From Botryllus schlosseri (lineage: Eukaryota): a stretch of 64,000 bases of DNA. The stretch is from the NCBI GenBank assembly GCA_051294905.1, contig CM119379.1:13330001-13394000 (forward strand). The letters run 5' to 3'. The notes under the pieces were generated by a model. The model made no database searches. It saw nothing but the letters and a program-made list of their open reading frames with translations, and had not been told where the DNA came from. Numbering within the stretch: the stretch's first letter is position 1; each line of letters starts with the position of its first letter. Both the position numbers and the translations under genes were made by a program. Positions 12,363 to 24,200 of this stretch are shown here, piece after piece.

Positions 12363-14081
12363 TCACTTATGCACGGGCAGTAAAGGGGGTGGAAGATCAG
12401 ACGGGATCTCCGCATCAAGCGCCGATACAATGTCGCTATGCGTGTGTCGGAACTTATTCAATTCGAGCACTTCATTGTCCTGGTCGCGTTTGACTTTGCT
12501 CATGTCGGGCACCGGTTTCGCGAGTTCCTCAGCTGCCGACTCCCTCACGAACTGCGAGTGCAACTGAATGTCCCGTTGCAGGTCGACGGCATCTGCAAAA
12601 AGCGCATCCATCCTTTGATCTAAGTCGGCGAGATCATTTAAATTTTTGTACATCAACTCCAAACCTGGGCACATGCGGTGGTCTCTGCCGGGCTCGGGAT
12701 GTTTCACAGTGTTTTGCAGCTTGGCGAAGTTCCCGCTCATGTAATCGTCGAACTCCTCTTCCGTTAGAGACAAGCTGGACGCGTTGAGTCCGCTTTCGAT
12801 AAACTCGACGGCGCAGCAAAGGTTTGTGAAGTAGTAGGCATCTTCGCCGGCCATCAGCCTGACAGGATTTGAAAACCTTGTGACGTAACTGATGTTAGAT
12901 TTGAGCATCGGCGGGTTGGCTTTTAGCACCACGTATATTAAAGCCGGCAGAAAGTCATCGGCGCTGGCTGGCGTCTCGTTTTCTTTCGAGTGTTTGAGCG
13001 CTTCGAAAATCGCTTTGCTACATCTTGTAATACAAGATAGTTTATCTTGAGGCGCTCTTTTGGAATCCATTTCTATAATGGCGGTGATTGCTGAATCCAT
13101 CGCGGCGGTCACGTTCGGGACATCCTCTTTGAACTGGGCATCCAGCATATCCGTGGTGACCCAATGCAAGCTGCGGATTTTCTTTTGCACCTCCAAGTCG
13201 CGAATTTCGTCGTCAGTTTGATCGCTGCAGAACACTGTCCGATAAACTCGTGTCATTACGAATTTCTCGATATTGTCCATGATGCGATCTCTGTCTTTTT
13301 CCGAAGAATATTTGCCGAAGACTTGATGGGTTCCGATGCGGTTCGCCATCACTTCGTAAAAATCCTGCACCAGTTCTGCCTGGGCGTCAATTTTCATTGC
13401 TTTGTTCGCTACGAGTTTGTCCATAAACGCGCGACATTGCTTGATCATGTCCGAAGAAGCGGGTTCTTGCAACGCCTTTATAAATTCGCTAAAATCTCTA
13501 GACGCTTGTTGCGATTCAAAACTATGCTTACGAGATACGGGTCGCGCATTAGGCTTTTCCGTTTGGCCTGCAACGCCCTTGCTGAGACGGCCGGATTTCA
13601 ATTTGCGACTGCTTACGGGCGATTGATGAATTTTATGCCGAACGGCTGGATCGCTAGCGGATTTTGATCGATTAATTGGGGAAGTGTCGCTTTCGCTATT
13701 TGGAGAAAAGAATTTTTTCAAAACAGTATTAGAACGAGGTGCAAAACCGCGCACGTCTTCCTTTTTTGCGGTAGACGGTCGAGGCGAATATTGTGTATGA
13801 CTGTGCAAAGTGCGGTGTTCGGACGGCAGTCTTATCTGTGGAGGCACGGCAGCGTTCTGTGTCGCGTTTGCTCTCTCGTTTTCTTCCTCCTGAAGTTTTT
13901 TCGCGAATTCATGGTCCTGCTGGATTTGCTGTTGTCTTTGCGAGTTGTTTATCTCCTTCCAGCATTGGGAGCAGTATCCTTGCCACGCAGAGTTGCCGTA
14001 AAAACCGCAACCGTTCTTGCATTTCAAATCGGACTCGTCCAAATGAATGCCTTTTCGTCCGTGTAATTTCACAGACGCCAT
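12363..14081 (-). CDS. RABGEF1: Rab5 GDP/GTP exchange factor Rabex-5 (572 aa, intronless CDS)
   Basis: A20 zinc finger CKNGCGFYGNSAWQGYCSQC, MIU (QIQQDHEFAKKLQEEE), helical bundle, VPS9 domain (SADDFLPALIYVVLKANPP; GEDAYYFTNLCCAVEFIE), coiled coil, C-terminal LPPPLLP. Confidence 0.97.
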   Translation of the reverse strand: MASVKLHGRKGIHLDESDLKCKNGCGFYGNSAWQGYCSQCWKEINNSQRQQQIQQDHEFAKKLQEEENERANATQNAAVPPQIRLPSEHRTLHSHTQYSPRPSTAKKEDVRGFAPRSNTVLKKFFSPNSESDTSPINRSKSASDPAVRHKIHQSPVSSRKLKSGRLSKGVAGQTEKPNARPVSRKHSFESQQASRDFSEFIKALQEPASSDMIKQCRAFMDKLVANKAMKIDAQAELVQDFYEVMANRIGTHQVFGKYSSEKDRDRIMDNIEKFVMTRVYRTVFCSDQTDDEIRDLEVQKKIRSLHWVTTDMLDAQFKEDVPNVTAAMDSAITAIIEMDSKRAPQDKLSCITRCSKAIFEALKHSKENETPASADDFLPALIYVVLKANPPMLKSNISYVTRFSNPVRLMAGEDAYYFTNLCCAVEFIESGLNASSLSLTEEEFDDYMSGNFAKLQNTVKHPEPGRDHRMCPGLELMYKNLNDLADLDQRMDALFADAVDLQRDIQLHSQFVRESAAEELAKPVPDMSKVKRDQDNEVLELNKFRHTHSDIVSALDAEIPSDLPPPLLPVHK

Positions 14082-14289
14082 AGTGTAGATTCAACGACCA
14101 CTAGTCATATCATTGGTTAATTAATTCTTGAAAACTGAAAAATGAACGTGTCAGTTGCAGCAAAAATACATTCACGTTTTATAGGCCATATAGGTGTAAA
14201 TGTCATGCAAATCATCGGAAGCTGAGCTGGATTGAAAATGATGTTGGAAAAGGAAAGGACGTAGTTTATTTTTGTCCTTGATGTTTTTG

Positions 14290-14587
14290 CGCCATATACA
14301 CCGACTCATGATATACATACACATTACACACGATCTGTGCATATGCATACCATGAGAGCATGATGTGCATATGCCGCCGGGCAAGGAAAGTGCAGATATA
14401 GCCATTTGCGGCTTTCTAAGTCATGCACCACCCCTCCATGCTATCCCAGTAATGCATGAGCGCCAAGCAGGAACGTCATGGATACCAGTGTTATTAATCA
14501 GGTCTTTGGTCTGGCCCGGCCGGGGATCGAACCCACGACCTACCGATCAAGAAGCCGGACGCTTCACCATTACGCTATCTTGTCGGT
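14290..14587 (-). mobile_element. tRNA-derived SINE (central domain possibly Meta-SINE-like)
   Basis: Minus strand reads accgacaagaTAGCGTAATGGTgaagcg...gtGGGTTCGATCCCcggccgggccagaccaaagacc...cctgcttggcgctcatgcatt, giving Pol III A and B boxes plus body. Second copy at 130-381. Confidence 0.8.
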
Positions 14588-15701
14588 AGATGTAGATGTG
14601 GATGCTGGGATGGTAAGGCAGGCCGTAAAATTGTGCAATGGTTGCTGAATGACATGAGCCTAAAAGTTCTTTCATTCTTTGGCTACTTATCGCAGATAAG
14701 CATGATGAATATGATGAAGATGTAAACTGTGCTGTACAACGCATTCGGATACGGTATATGGAAGTGGCATGGGGACCATAATAGCCTACATGATTGCAGA
14801 ATGATGATAGACAAAAATTGTAGTAAAATGGACTTGCTTGCACCACAGAAGCGCTACAGAAATATTTCACTAGTGCTAGTATTCAATATGAAAAATTTAT
14901 GTAATTTATTATTCAGCCGACTATTATTAGCATAAGCCCTATAGAAATGAAAAAAGGTTATATAGCTTGACGGTGATGCCACTTATCCACTCTACAGTGA
15001 CCCGTTGAAGGTCATAAAACATATATAAAGACTATTAGCCATAGTAGGTCTAAGAAGCATATTGTACAACTATTATACACTAAATTTTGGGACTATAGGC
15101 CTACTTGTGAGTTTCCGTAGCCTACTAAAGTTACCGGAAACAGCTTTGTCAGTTTGGTGATGGAGGGAATCATTTTATATCTATATAAGCAAAACTGCTC
15201 TGCATATAACCGAAAAGCTATAGCCTATATATAATTGATTGGTGATTCTATTATTTGTAACCTCTCAATCAAGATACACCTGGGTCATGGCCTACTTCAC
15301 CCTGGGTTAAGAGTAAGACACACAATTTCAATGAGACACACAAGACACAATGCAGTCGGTGTAATGATTCTAATGAACAGATAGACGTGGGCGTGAAAAC
15401 GAGTAAGTACGGTCTCTCAATCAAACACCCACATCACTCTAATGCAGGGGCGGGCAACTTCTCCAGTCGGCGGGCCGGATATAGGACAATTAGATACTAG
15501 GCGGGGCGGATTCCTGAACCGATACATTATTCGCATATTTATCCACATACAAAGAATAAATCGTATGTAATGAATGTATTTTAACGACAGCAAAAGCTAT
15601 TTCTTAACAATAATGACGAAGACAATGTAGATTTGAGAACAGCATTGTATGCTTCTCTCTGATCAATCAACACACGGTGTAATCCTTAATTACGATTTTA
15701 A

Positions 15702-16191
15702 AGGGGCACTGCGCTCTAAAAATTATGTGGTCTAAAATTGAAGGTAAAAACGAACAAAAATTTTTGGCCGCAGCCATTTCCTTCAGAACGCCACCGTAAT
15801 GGAGCTGCAATTTATAGAACTTTCTACAAGACCAGCTGCCGCGGCTGCTTAACCCGTTACATGGCACGATGTCTTCATCGTCGCAATTGCTCGACGCGAT
15901 AAGGCAGTCACGCAGAGAACGAAACTTACACACATTTCCTTCATAACATCGGCTGACAACTATCTAAAATTCGTTCTCTGCGTGTCTGCCCAATCGCGTC
16001 GAGCAAGTGCGACGATGAAGACATCGTTCCATGTAACGGGTTAAGCAGCCGCGGCAGCTGGTCTTGTAGAAATTTCAATAAATTGCAGCTCCATTACGGT
16101 GGCGTTCTGAAGGAGATGGCCGCGGCCAAAAATTTTTGTTCATTTTTACCTTCAATTTGAGACCACATCATTTTTAGAGCGCAGTGCCCCT
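15702..16191. mobile_element. Kolobok-type palindromic MITE (222-bp arms, 46-bp spacer)
   Basis: TTAA|AGGGGCACTGCGC...GCGCAGTGCCCCT|TTAA. Arms 15702-15923 and 15970-16191 differ at about 12 positions by eye. TTAA TSD with 5'-RR ends is the Kolobok signature. Confidence 0.85.
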
Positions 16192-16249
16192 TTAAGGCGT
16201 TCGACAAGCTTGGTACCCCAAATTTACCAATATCAATTCATTAGGGTTG

Positions 16250-16780
16250 AGTATTGTACATTGTAAATGCCGACAATGCAAATGATCTCGCTTCGACGAA
16301 CTTACACTTAAGCTCCACTCTCGCCGCGGTCCGTATGTTGCCCGTCTCTGGTCTAATGTCAAGTTAAATTCTTATTAGTTACCATATGCATGCAGCTATA
16401 CTAAAATAAAAAAGACGAGTACTTCAGTAGGGGACTATGTTAACAGTATACCTACCTGTAGCCTACATTATGTTCATTGGTACGTATTCTATACATATAT
16501 GTTACATTGCATAGGAGCCTGATAGCTCTGTACACTGTATACGAGTTCTACTATAGATAACTAAACCTACGGAGGTTATAGTTATCTATAGTTCTACACT
16601 GCCTCCAGTATGAGTAAAGACAATAGCCAGCTACAAGATTACTAACCTACTATTACTGACAATAAGAGAGCACAGTTTCGATGCGGTAGCAGTTTTACGA
16701 CATCACATCAGTTATATATTTATCGAAGTTGGGATGCGACTATACGTCTGCGAGATGTTGTAATAACAAGTAACGCCTCA
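16250..16780. promoter_or_regulatory. Candidate bidirectional promoter / non-coding first exons of RABGEF1 and the RNF13-like gene
   Basis: Unique sequence between the divergent genes with candidate donors GTAAGT (minus, ~16308) and GTAACG (plus, ~16770). Positional inference only. Confidence 0.25.
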
Positions 16781-18715
16781 GGAGTTACCCAGAACAGGCA
16801 CAGCATACAGGGATAAATCCGTTGCCTACCATCCTGTTTCAAAAAAATACCAGCTGCCTATTGTGCTTATTTCATAATTAGTAAGTCACCATAATATACG
16901 AGACTTTAATTTTAATTCCGAAGGAGATGCGAATCCGCGTACAAAATTATAAAATATATAATATTTGGCCTTCAGTCATGGATGAATGGTCACAGTAGGT
17001 CGGACTCCATTCTGATTTCTGGTTTTCGTCATGTGATGACAGTCTGTATATTGTTTTGCTGTGAAGCCGCCTCGCCAACGAGAGTTTTGTTTACAATTGC
17101 ATCGAGGACTTCCTAAATTTATGTCGTATTGTAGTTTAGCAATAAACGGTCAGAGCGTTGCAGATCTCTTAATATAGGATGGTAACTGTCATATGTATGG
17201 TTGTGTTGGTTGTCGGACGTATATTATGACTATACCTAGGAATGCTTCGATCGTCTTTCATGCACCTGTGAAGTGTGAAGTTATAGCCTTTGTCGTGGAG
17301 AAAATGAACCAGCTCAGTCAGAGATGACTGCTTTTATCATTGTGACCTAAACCTATCCATATTGAAAACTGCTTTTATGGGTTTTGTTTGTGGTCACGGA
17401 TACTCCTTCCATTGTTAATTGTAAGATCTCGCTATCAATGGAAAGATGTATTTTACAACTATGAAATGTGCTGGTAGTCGTAACAAGAGTTATTTATAGG
17501 GAAACATTTTCATGTGTTTCAATGGTTATTGTGCACGTTTTGATGTGTCTTTTGTTGATGAAATCAAAATTTAGGAACATGCTATGTAGGCTACGTAATA
17601 TTTGGATAAAGATATTAATACATTTTCACCGATTCATGTATATACCTATACTCGATGGAGAAATGCTTGCTAATGATAAGAGTTTCTAATGAAATGCTAC
17701 TTCTATTCTGGTTAGCAATGTTCACCAATATAATTACTTCAGTATTCAGTTAAATATTATAGAGTCCAGAACTCTTCTTGAAAGACACTGATTAAATACC
17801 AATGTGAACAACATTTTACACCTATGAAGTTTTAGAGAATGAATATTGGCATGAAAATTGACCAATGGTGTCCGCAGTCCTGACAAAAATCTTTATGAAT
17901 TGGTTTATCGTATGTATCATCAAAACGAAAAATCGTAATGGTGATGCTAAAATATATTAGGGCATCCAGGATACCTTGTGTGTCATTTAGATTCCCCTAA
18001 TACGAAGACATCCATTTAATTGAATATCATATGGGAAAGCTGGCACCATCTAGCCATCTTAACAACGCAAATATGAATTATTACACATGCTCAATGAGTA
18101 TTTCTTCCTGTGACGATAATGCTATTGGCCTCAAAAAAGAATTATATAAAATTTTCTTAATTATCACAGATTGAAAATGGACAATGGGCATATTGGTCAA
18201 ATACTTGAAATCGATTAAAATCATTATGGTTTTGCTAATAATTAATATTTGAATCACAAGGAATTGTACTATTCAAAGTAGGCTACTTAATACTTTGTAT
18301 TTCCTTTACAAGGAAAACCAGTTCCAATCGACTGATCCCAATAAGAATTTTTACTGGCCTGCACCAGCTATTTTGAAGTGCCGTTCTGCTAGCATTGCTA
18401 ATAGGCCTAATTATCGAAAAATAGTGATTAGTTTCAAATTGTGTCGGGGTATCGATTTTATCAATTCCAGAAAATGACTGTGTAACTGAGCAGATTTGGG
18501 CCTAGTCTATATCTTAGCCGATTTTGATTAAATGGGAATGCATTATGTGTTTTTCAACTTAAGTATTTTCGGAAATTTTGTAAACGTGTTTGTATCAGAA
18601 ATTTTCTTCATGTTTCGCAGGATATAGAATGTCATCTTGGCCTAATGCATAATAGCAGTAAAGTTGAGACAACATTAAATAAACTAGGTTTGGGCTTGTG
18701 AGCCAAAACACTTGA

Positions 18716-20200
18716 ATGGCGATATTCACTTTGGCAGCGTTCCAACTGTCAATCGTGTTCTGTGTGTTGGATAAATCTGATGCATCGTTACGTGCTCACG
18801 GTATTAACAACGAGACGGCCGTGTTTGATGACGCTGATGCCGCCTTTGGTCCTGGCGTTGGATATGAAGGACTTGTCGGTGTGCTTTATGCAGGGATACC
18901 TCACGATGGCTGCACCCCGATGATACCTCCGTCAAGAAGTTCCGACTCGAATACCACATCATTGCATTTTGTGCTTATCGAGCGCGGCAAATGCGATTTC
19001 GCGCTGAAAGTTATGCACGCTCAAGAAGCTGGATACCAAGCTGTCATTGTATGTAACGTAAACTCAGATGATTTAATACACATGAGCAGTGGACTGCCGG
19101 AAATCGCTAATAAGATTGATATCCCTTCGGTATTTGTTGGACAGGACACTGGAACTATACTGAACCAGTCTTATCTGTACAGTGGAACTGGAGTGCCTTA
19201 CATTGAGCTGATAGAAAGCAGGTTCAATCCTATCGACGCTTATCTGATTCCGTTTGTTGTGGTGATCGGCGTATGCTTTTTTTCGTTGTTATGCTTTTTG
19301 CTGGTAAGATGCTTTCGAGACTATCGCCACGCACGCCGTGGCAGACTGTCTTTGCAGAGACTGAAAAAACTGCCCGTTAAAAAGTTCAAGAAGGAAGACG
19401 AATACGATGTGTGTGCTATATGCTTGGAGGATTATGTTGAGGAAGATCTGTTGAGAATTCTTCCCTGCCAGCATGCGTATCATTGTAATTGCGTTGATCC
19501 CTGGCTCACCAGCAGTAAGCGCATTTGTCCTTTGTGTAAACGAAGGGTTTTGAGCGATGATGAAACCACCGCGTCATCTGATAACGCCGCAGATTCGTCA
19601 GATGATGAACACACCCCTTTAGTGCAGCCGTCTGACGCTGCATCCCCGAATGCTTCAAGATACGGCACCGGTTATACCCTGCGCAACCCTTTTCGGAATA
19701 GAGGACGGTTCTTTAGAAGGAGAATTTCCGAATCCCCCGACGAAACCACCGATACCGATACATCTGACGCGGAACCCAGCCCGGATTCTTTGACCGCGCG
19801 TTCCGCGTCGAGGTATTTATCCAACGCTGCCAACACGTCCAGTCACTATCAATCTCAGGAGCTGTCGCCGCCTCATGGTACGGATGCTGAAGTATCTGGC
19901 ACTACATCGACCAACTCCTCTCAAACGAACAGATATTTGGTGTCGGCAGAAAACATGTTGAATCGAAGGAGAGGGGTGTCGGAATCCTCGATCACAGTGT
20001 TGTCAGACGATGAAAGCGACGACGGATCGCGTGAGCCTTGCAGATCTGTTGATTACCATACGGTAAACGAATCCATCGCCACGGCCCGGACACCGTACAA
20101 CCTTGAATCACGGATGGACATTGACGGTAGTAGTCCGGAAGATATTATTGTGATTGCTCCAGGGCCGAGGCCGAATGTCCCAGAATATGAAGAGGTCTAA
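18716..20200 (+). CDS. RNF13: PA-TM-RING E3 ubiquitin ligase, RNF13/RNF167 (Godzilla) family (494 aa, intronless CDS)
   Basis: Signal peptide; PA domain (FVLIERGKCDFALKVMHAQEAGYQAVIVCN; IDIPSVFVG); TM YLIPFVVVIGVCFFSLLCFLLV; RING-H2 CAICLEDY...ILPCQHAYHCNCVDPWLTSSKRICPLC; Ser/Asp-rich tail. RNF13 versus RNF167 cannot be resolved by eye. Confidence 0.93.
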   Translation: MAIFTLAAFQLSIVFCVLDKSDASLRAHGINNETAVFDDADAAFGPGVGYEGLVGVLYAGIPHDGCTPMIPPSRSSDSNTTSLHFVLIERGKCDFALKVMHAQEAGYQAVIVCNVNSDDLIHMSSGLPEIANKIDIPSVFVGQDTGTILNQSYLYSGTGVPYIELIESRFNPIDAYLIPFVVVIGVCFFSLLCFLLVRCFRDYRHARRGRLSLQRLKKLPVKKFKKEDEYDVCAICLEDYVEEDLLRILPCQHAYHCNCVDPWLTSSKRICPLCKRRVLSDDETTASSDNAADSSDDEHTPLVQPSDAASPNASRYGTGYTLRNPFRNRGRFFRRRISESPDETTDTDTSDAEPSPDSLTARSASRYLSNAANTSSHYQSQELSPPHGTDAEVSGTTSTNSSQTNRYLVSAENMLNRRRGVSESSITVLSDDESDDGSREPCRSVDYHTVNESIATARTPYNLESRMDIDGSSPEDIIVIAPGPRPNVPEYEEV

Positions 20201-21202
20201 TTGTTATAATTATGTGTCGCTTTACTTGATTTTTCCAATTTTGCATTGGTGTATGAAATCGTTTTTTGGAACGTTTAATTCTGTGTGGATGTTTCCAGCG
20301 CCCAAGCATTTTTGGCTTAGGCTTATTCGTGCTTGTACATGTCGATTTCACATTATTATCTTTTCTACTCTCTTTTTTTCGAAGCAGCTACGTTGATTGT
20401 ATTTTCTCTGTGTTGCAATTTTCCGAGTGTTGAACGCGATCAATAGCTGTGTTTGAGTAGCACAGCAATTATCGCTCCACCCGGCACGATATGGCGTTTT
20501 TCGAAATGTTATAGTTATGAAATCGTGCGCGCACTCTTGTGAGATCACAGATCTGACATTGATGCTCCTGTGGCCAGTATAAATTCAAGATGTTTTATTA
20601 GAAGCAGGCACTGGTATATTCAATATCGATATAGTCCTCGTTAGACTGGCAATGTGGTCCTTCCTGCCTGTGCCTGTAGGTCATTGATGAATAATATTGA
20701 TTCCTTCCTGTTTGACAGAAGAACTAATTTCTTGGATTACGTCTTATGATGTCTACATGCATTATTACAGCTACTGATGTGAGTTAATATGGTGGTATTT
20801 TGTCATATTTCTCACAAGACGAATCGTAAATCCGAGATCCAATCTGTTATCTGATTGAATCCATGTGGATTGTTAATAGTATAGGTTTATTAGTGAAAAA
20901 AATGCCTGACATGGTTGAAATTGCCGGGTATGTTTTCTCCAATTTTGGGTAAATGTCATCCTGTTAACTTTTCAAATGACTCGCTGGAAGGAAAATAATT
21001 CAATACAAAATCTCTGTGTGATATTGTATGTTTTTCTGTTCGTATATTAAAATGTCATATGTTCTTTCATTTTATTACCATATCTCATTGCTCTTTACAT
21101 GGCATTTTATCCATAGCATATCGTCTTAAAATTGGGCCGTCCTGAAACTTGTGTATCGGTTGGGAGATATGTGAAATTTTGGGTTTGGACTACGTTTTGG
21201 CG

Positions 21203-24200
21203 ATGGATGATTTACCATTTGAGGTGAGTAGCCTACTTGTAATGTTCTAGTGGGGGAATGATATGAAGTCGACCTGTAAATGATTGTTGCATTATTATTT
21301 TACTTATTTACTTTCCCAGTCAAGGAGCCAGGCCTGTTGGTATCTGCTATCTGCTGTATCTTCAGCACTCTGTTAAGAATTGATAACTTCCTGTTCGCTC
21401 ATATCACAGTTAGAGGCCACAAAAGCCAAATATATATTTCGATTGATTTGAAAGGAAAATAAACTATTTGAATCAATAGCGCTGAAACTGATGGTCAAAG
21501 TTGTATTTCTGTCAGTTTCTACCGAATTTCGATCAAGATATGCGATACACTGATCATGCATGACACTATTTTTCAGATTCTATCAAGGATTTTGAGTTAC
21601 CTAAACCTTGCCGATAGGAGGGAATGTGCTCTGACATGTAAAAGATTGTAAGTTTTTCTTAGCGCTTCATGTTGGAATTGAAAGTAGGTTATATCTATTT
21701 CAGCCCAGAGGCATATTTCTTTAAAAAGATCTCAAAAATATGCTATGAATTGTAATCCTATAGGAAGTAATGATGAAGTAGTATTGTACCATTAGAGTTA
21801 CCAGGCACTCACATTCTTATTCATGAATACCATTCAATGGACACAATATCATGTAATAGCAAATCAGGATGTATTATGCAACCACACTGGCCTTCCGCCC
21901 ATCATGCAACTGGTCATAGAAAATATTTTAGTAATGATATGGCTTCACTGACCTATCATGATGCAAACAACAAAAATGATATCACAGTAACGAAAATCCA
22001 TAATCTTTTCTCAAATAGATGCCATGCCTAATTTTGTGTCAGAAATTGTGTATTATCAGTGAAAGCTATGGAACGGATTTTTTCCAAGATTTTATTTTAT
22101 TCGATTAAGTTGCGATATTTTTGGAACTGGACTGATCACAATCACTGACCGCTGACACGACTCGTATATTGCACTTCCGTTAATTGAATTTGTGGCATAG
22201 AATCTGGCTAGTAGTTCAATTTATAGCAACATATTATTATAGTTTTTGAGATTAGTTCTGAAGCCAATGTTTACCCTACATTGTACTGGTTGCTGCAATT
22301 CGATGTATATTATTTTTCTATCTAGTTACGAAGCCTCTCTCGACCCCACACTGCACTGGCGGTCTGTCTATTTATTCAATCCGAAAGTACTACTATCCGA
22401 GGGTTACGATGACATGCTTTTTTACTGTAAATCGCCAAATTTGTTCATCAACGGCCTCGATGAGAATTTGCATGTGCGGTACGTTCCATGTGATTCTGTG
22501 GAATCATTGAATGCCGGCATCTCATTTGCTTTCTGTGCTCTGCAGGCCTCTGTTGAATTGTGATCCGTCTATACTTGGGCCGCACGTGTTGAAGTTATCG
22601 CTGAAGGGATCGGCGATCTTGGAAGGTAGTTTTGTGGATATTGTGAAGAAATGTGAATTTCTTGAAGTAAATGTTCCTTTTTATTGGTGTGGTACTAATT
22701 TTAGGACTACGGTTCAGTGTATGCTACTATAGATCTCAGGTGTATAGTGTCTGGTGGGTGTCGAGCCTTACTCGATAGTTCTAAGTACGGATATATTGAT
22801 AAAAACTTTCCAGGAATAATTTATTTCATACAGGAATTTGCTGAAGTCTTCTTTCTTGTGAATTATTATAAAACTCGTGTTTACCATCGGGATACTCTAC
22901 CTTTGTTGTCTGAATTCACTAGTTCTTAGAATTCAGCAGTTTCTTTCGAAAGTGTCTCAGTCACTCTGACTCAGTCAATAAGTAATTTTTATCACTGCTT
23001 CTGGAATTTCTTGCGAGCCTGGCCTGTTACGCAGCTACTATGATGCAGCCTTGGATTTCCTATTAGTTACGGTAATCTATTCTGTTGAATACTTCACACT
23101 TTAGTCTCAAGCTGGAAGTTGTATTAGCCTTCAATTCAATCTCTGCTCCCGTGCTATATGGTATTGAATTGAAGAGGTATCATTTTAACTACCATAATAT
23201 GATATTGACTCGGCGTTGCATAAAAGCTGGTTTAACAACTTCAGATTTTAGCAAAATGCAATGTTTGTTCGTATTGAAAGCAAATATTCCCTTCAATGGC
23301 TATGATCTTTGTCTTTTTAGTAACAGTATGATATGATCTCCTAAACTAAATTATGTAACTCTAATATAACCGTATTAGCCCTCGATTAGCTTGTGATGTT
23401 GTTCCATGGTTACATCTCTCTCACGTCCTGGCATGAAATAGAAACATGATTTGCTAATAACATGAGCCAGCTGTAAGCCTGCTTGGCTTGCTAAATCAGA
23501 GCGACCATGACCCACAGGTCTCATGACGAATTATAAATCATCATATAATTATATAGGCTACCATCCAATTGTAGACTCTTCAAGGTTAATGCCATTTTCT
23601 GAATGTTTATTATATTTCGAATATGATTAGAGTGATCTATCTCAAGGCAGGTGGTCTATGCCAGCCGAATATGGTGAATTGTTTTCGCATTGTCACAGGG
23701 CCTCGATCTTACCGCCTGCAATTCGATGTTCATGGCGGGCACCTTCTTGCATAATAACGAGCGAAGAATTGAAATTGGGAAAGTGCTAGAAGGATTGAGG
23801 GATCTGAATCTCTCCTCGATAAGATATTTAGATGATGAGAGTTTGAGGAAATTTGTTACGGAGGCTACTCGCCTGGAGTCCTTGTCTCTGGCGTCGTGCA
23901 ATATCAGCTTCAGGTGTGTAATGCGATTTGCTCATTGTGTGAACAGCACCTATGTATTTGCCCCTTTCCAAACAACATCTTTTTGATGCAGGAATGCACA
24001 AAATTTGCCCTGTCAATTTGGCTATGTGATATTGATTATTTGTTTTGTCAGGCCATTTCGGATGGTGTTTGTCGACAGCTGTCTATCTGTTCAATGTGAA
24101 TCGTAGGCCAAGTAAGGCCGTATCGAGTTCATCGCCCTCCGTACGATTATGGATACTGATGAAATGAATTACGAAAAACATTAGCGATAAAATGAGCGAT

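Noticed and set aside
13164-14083. Plus-strand ORFs of 167, 91 and 96 aa
   Set aside because: Antisense shadows of the GC-richer RABGEF1 CDS with no motifs.
24052-24112. Candidate LRRC29-like exon with good AG/GT sites
   Set aside because: It has a stop in the phase required by the upstream exon; exon 23699-23913 joins 24770 cleanly.
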